Made by a program: the position numbers and the translations under genes
Shown: piece by piece, positions 61,935 to 64,000 of the stretch
Layout: every line of letters begins with the position of its first letter
Numbering within the stretch: position 1 is the first letter of the stretch
Notes under the pieces: model-generated
What the model was told of the DNA's origin: nothing
Databases searched by the model: none
The model's input: only the letters and a program-made list of their open reading frames with translations
From: Candidatus Bathyarchaeota archaeon
Lineage (GTDB): Archaea; Thermoproteota; Bathyarchaeia; TCS64
Length of the DNA stretch: 64,000 nucleotides
Direction of reading: 5' to 3'
Assembly: GCA_963769425.1 (NCBI GenBank)
Contig: CAVYLP010000001.1
Span: forward strand, 128,001 to 192,000

Positions 61935-63032
61935 CCTCTCCACACTTTTTCGAAAAGTTTCACGAAGTTGAGGCCAAGTATCTTTTTTATCTCCTGGTCG
62001 CTGTAGCCCCGCGCCACGAGGCCCATCGTGAAGTTGGGCATATTCTCCATCCACCCGTAGCCCCACGACTTGTCCATCGGGGTGAAGTAGTCAACGTCGA
62101 CCCTCCCCGGGTTCTTCCAGATGAAGGCGGCGCGTGTGACCGAGTTGGGGAACTCGAGGTCACTGCCGAAGCCCACGTTGTCGACGCCGACAACGTCCAC
62201 GAGCACGTCGAGCTGATCCATGAGGTCGTCAGTCAGGGTGCTCTTCCCCGCCTTCTTCACGAAGAAGGGCGTCACGCCGACAACGCCACCCTTCTCGACG
62301 CACGCCTTCATCATGTCGTCGGGCTTCCCGCGCTGCTTAGAGTAAGCGACAAAGTCTCCCCAGAGGCTAGTGCTCCGGTTCGCCCACTCCGCGTAGCCGC
62401 CGGGCGTCTCTGGGGCCGACTTGCGGGGAATTACGTGTGTGAAGCTGACGGGGTCCTTCGACTGGTTTATCGCGTCCCAGCATGTCTTGTCCCCCGTGTG
62501 ACTGAGGTCGATGAGTATGCCGAGCTTATTCATCCTCTCCACGACCCTCTCACCGAAGGCGCTGAGGCCTGCGTCCTTCTTCTCCCTGCACCCGGCGCCG
62601 ACCTCGCCCTGCCAGTTGTAGGTCAACTGCATAGCGCGCAGCCCGTGCTCGTAGGCGACGTCGAGGAAGTCTACATTTCCTTCGAGGAACATCGAGTCCT
62701 GCGGCCCGTAGATGATGCCGTGTTTCCCCTCCCTCTTCGCTCTCTCGATGTCCGCCCCCTTCCTGACGAGCAGCACCCGATCCTTGTTCTTATCCGCCCA
62801 CTTGTTGTGTTTCATCAACTCGGAGAGGGCCTCGGAGAAGCTCCTCTGCATGCAGACTGTGAGGTTTGAGGCGGTTAGGCCGCCCTTGATGACGTCGTTG
62901 AGCCACATGTTCTCGGCGACGTAGTCGATGACGGCGACTATGCTGCTGTCTATGACTATGCTCTCCCTGTGGAGGGCCTCGGCGTGGGCAAGCTCATCCT
63001 TTGTCAGTGATAGAGTAGCTTCTGGGAGCCAT
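61931..63032 (-). CDS. Membrane dipeptidase (peptidase M19, amidohydrolase); probable +1 frameshift just after the ATG
   Basis: QLTYN, GLSAFG..VV.RMN.LG..IDLSH, GFGSD, KKILG.N; frame extends upstream through LHRESIVID. Confidence 0.82.
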
Positions 63033-63071
63033 GTGGAATCAACGTAGCGTGGGAATAAAAAACGTGGGGGG

Positions 63072-64000
63072 TCAGCAGCCGACGACCCGGGACTCGTAGT
63101 TTGTGAGAGTCGTCGTGACGCCGCCGTGGAGCATCTTCGTCTCCGGGTCCCTCAGGACCCCCACGGGCCTCGCCCAGCTACGAAGCTCCTCGTCGACCCA
63201 GTCGAGGTCGTGACCCATAGCCCTGAGCCTCTCCCTCACCTCGGGCGAGAACCTGCTGTCGATGAAGAGGCGCCCCGTCTCCCGCGTGCAACGCGGGGCC
63301 TCGATTGCCTCCTGTATCCCCATCTTGAAGTCGATGACGTGTAGGATCACCTGCATTACGGCGACCGGTATGTTTCTACCACCTGGTGCGCCGCAGGCGA
63401 GCAGGGGTGATCCGCCCTTCAGAACGACTATCGGGCAGACGTTCTGTATCCTCCTCTTCCTCCCGTCGATGGAGTTGGCGTGCCCCGGCTCGGGGTTTAA
63501 CCCGTACATCGCGTTGTTCATCGTTATCCCAGTCCTGGGGACAACGACGCCGGAGCCGAAGAGGTTGACTAGGGTCTGGTTTATGCAGACCATGTTCCCC
63601 GCCTTGTCCGCGACGGCCAAGGAGGTTGTGTGGTCGGGCTCGAATGGCCAGGGCTTCCCGAACCCGATCTTCGCTGCCCTATTCGGGCTCATCTTCTTCC
63701 TCAACTCCGTTGCGTACTTCTTCGAAACCAGCGCCCTCTGGGGAACCTTCACGTAACCGGGGTCTCCCATATACTCAAACCTGTCAGCGTATGCGAGCCC
63801 TATCGCGTCCCCCACTAGATGTAGGTGCTCAGCCGAGCCGAAGCCGTACCCCGCGAGGTCGTAGCCCTCCAAAATATTGAGCATCTCGACCAGTGTCGTG
63901 CCGCCGTGGGTGGGGTCGTAGATGACCTCGTGGCCCCTGTATTTACCGGGCTCGGGCTCGGAGACTATGGGCTCGTACATGGCGAGGTCCTCGCGGCTGA
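63072..64000 (-). CDS. ggt: Gamma-glutamyltransferase family (5' part outside window)
   Basis: AYADR..Y.GDP, HTTSL.V.D..GN, FGSG, GAPGG..I, AIEAPR. Confidence 0.88.
   Translation of the reverse strand, partial: SREDLAMYEPIVSEPEPGKYRGHEVIYDPTHGGTTLVEMLNILEGYDLAGYGFGSAEHLHLVGDAIGLAYADRFEYMGDPGYVKVPQRALVSKKYATELRKKMSPNRAAKIGFGKPWPFEPDHTTSLAVADKAGNMVCINQTLVNLFGSGVVVPRTGITMNNAMYGLNPEPGHANSIDGRKRRIQNVCPIVVLKGGSPLLACGAPGGRNIPVAVMQVILHVIDFKMGIQEAIEAPRCTRETGRLFIDSRFSPEVRERLRAMGHDLDWVDEELRSWARPVGVLRDPETKMLHGGVTTTLTNYESRVVGC

Overview
Archaeal chromosomal window, most likely Bathyarchaeia. This is an inference from the Cren7-like domain, the style of the integrase C-terminal relic, cofCD and the Ech/Mvh/Hdr content. 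Bases 1-22.2 kb form a dense redox and energy cluster: a six-gene Ech-type membrane [NiFe]-hydrogenase operon, divergent NADP-type glutamate dehydrogenase, NfnAB, three stand-alone Lrp/AsnC ligand-binding proteins, two tandem HdrA-MvhD fusions with MvhAG but no HdrBC, and a 2-oxoacid:ferredoxin oxidoreductase. The best novelty candidate is the Ech EchD subunit, which is fused in frame to a complete GltD/NfnB-like NADPH-type flavo-Fe-S module. The rest holds housekeeping and accessory genes: argH, dUTPase, AlkA, a transglutaminase/MoxR/DUF58 operon, cofDC, MFS transporters, a dipeptidase and GGT. It also contains a Cren7-like domain fused to a long acidic tail, three GT(A/T)AAC-N8-GTT(T/A)AC operator-like palindromes, a duplicated argH 5' end, tRNA-Arg(GCG) with an adjacent integrase relic, and a degenerate 21-bp tandem repeat. 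About a dozen single-base frameshifts in otherwise intact genes look like long-read consensus errors. No CRISPR array or rRNA was seen. All calls come from reading motifs by eye; no database searches were run.
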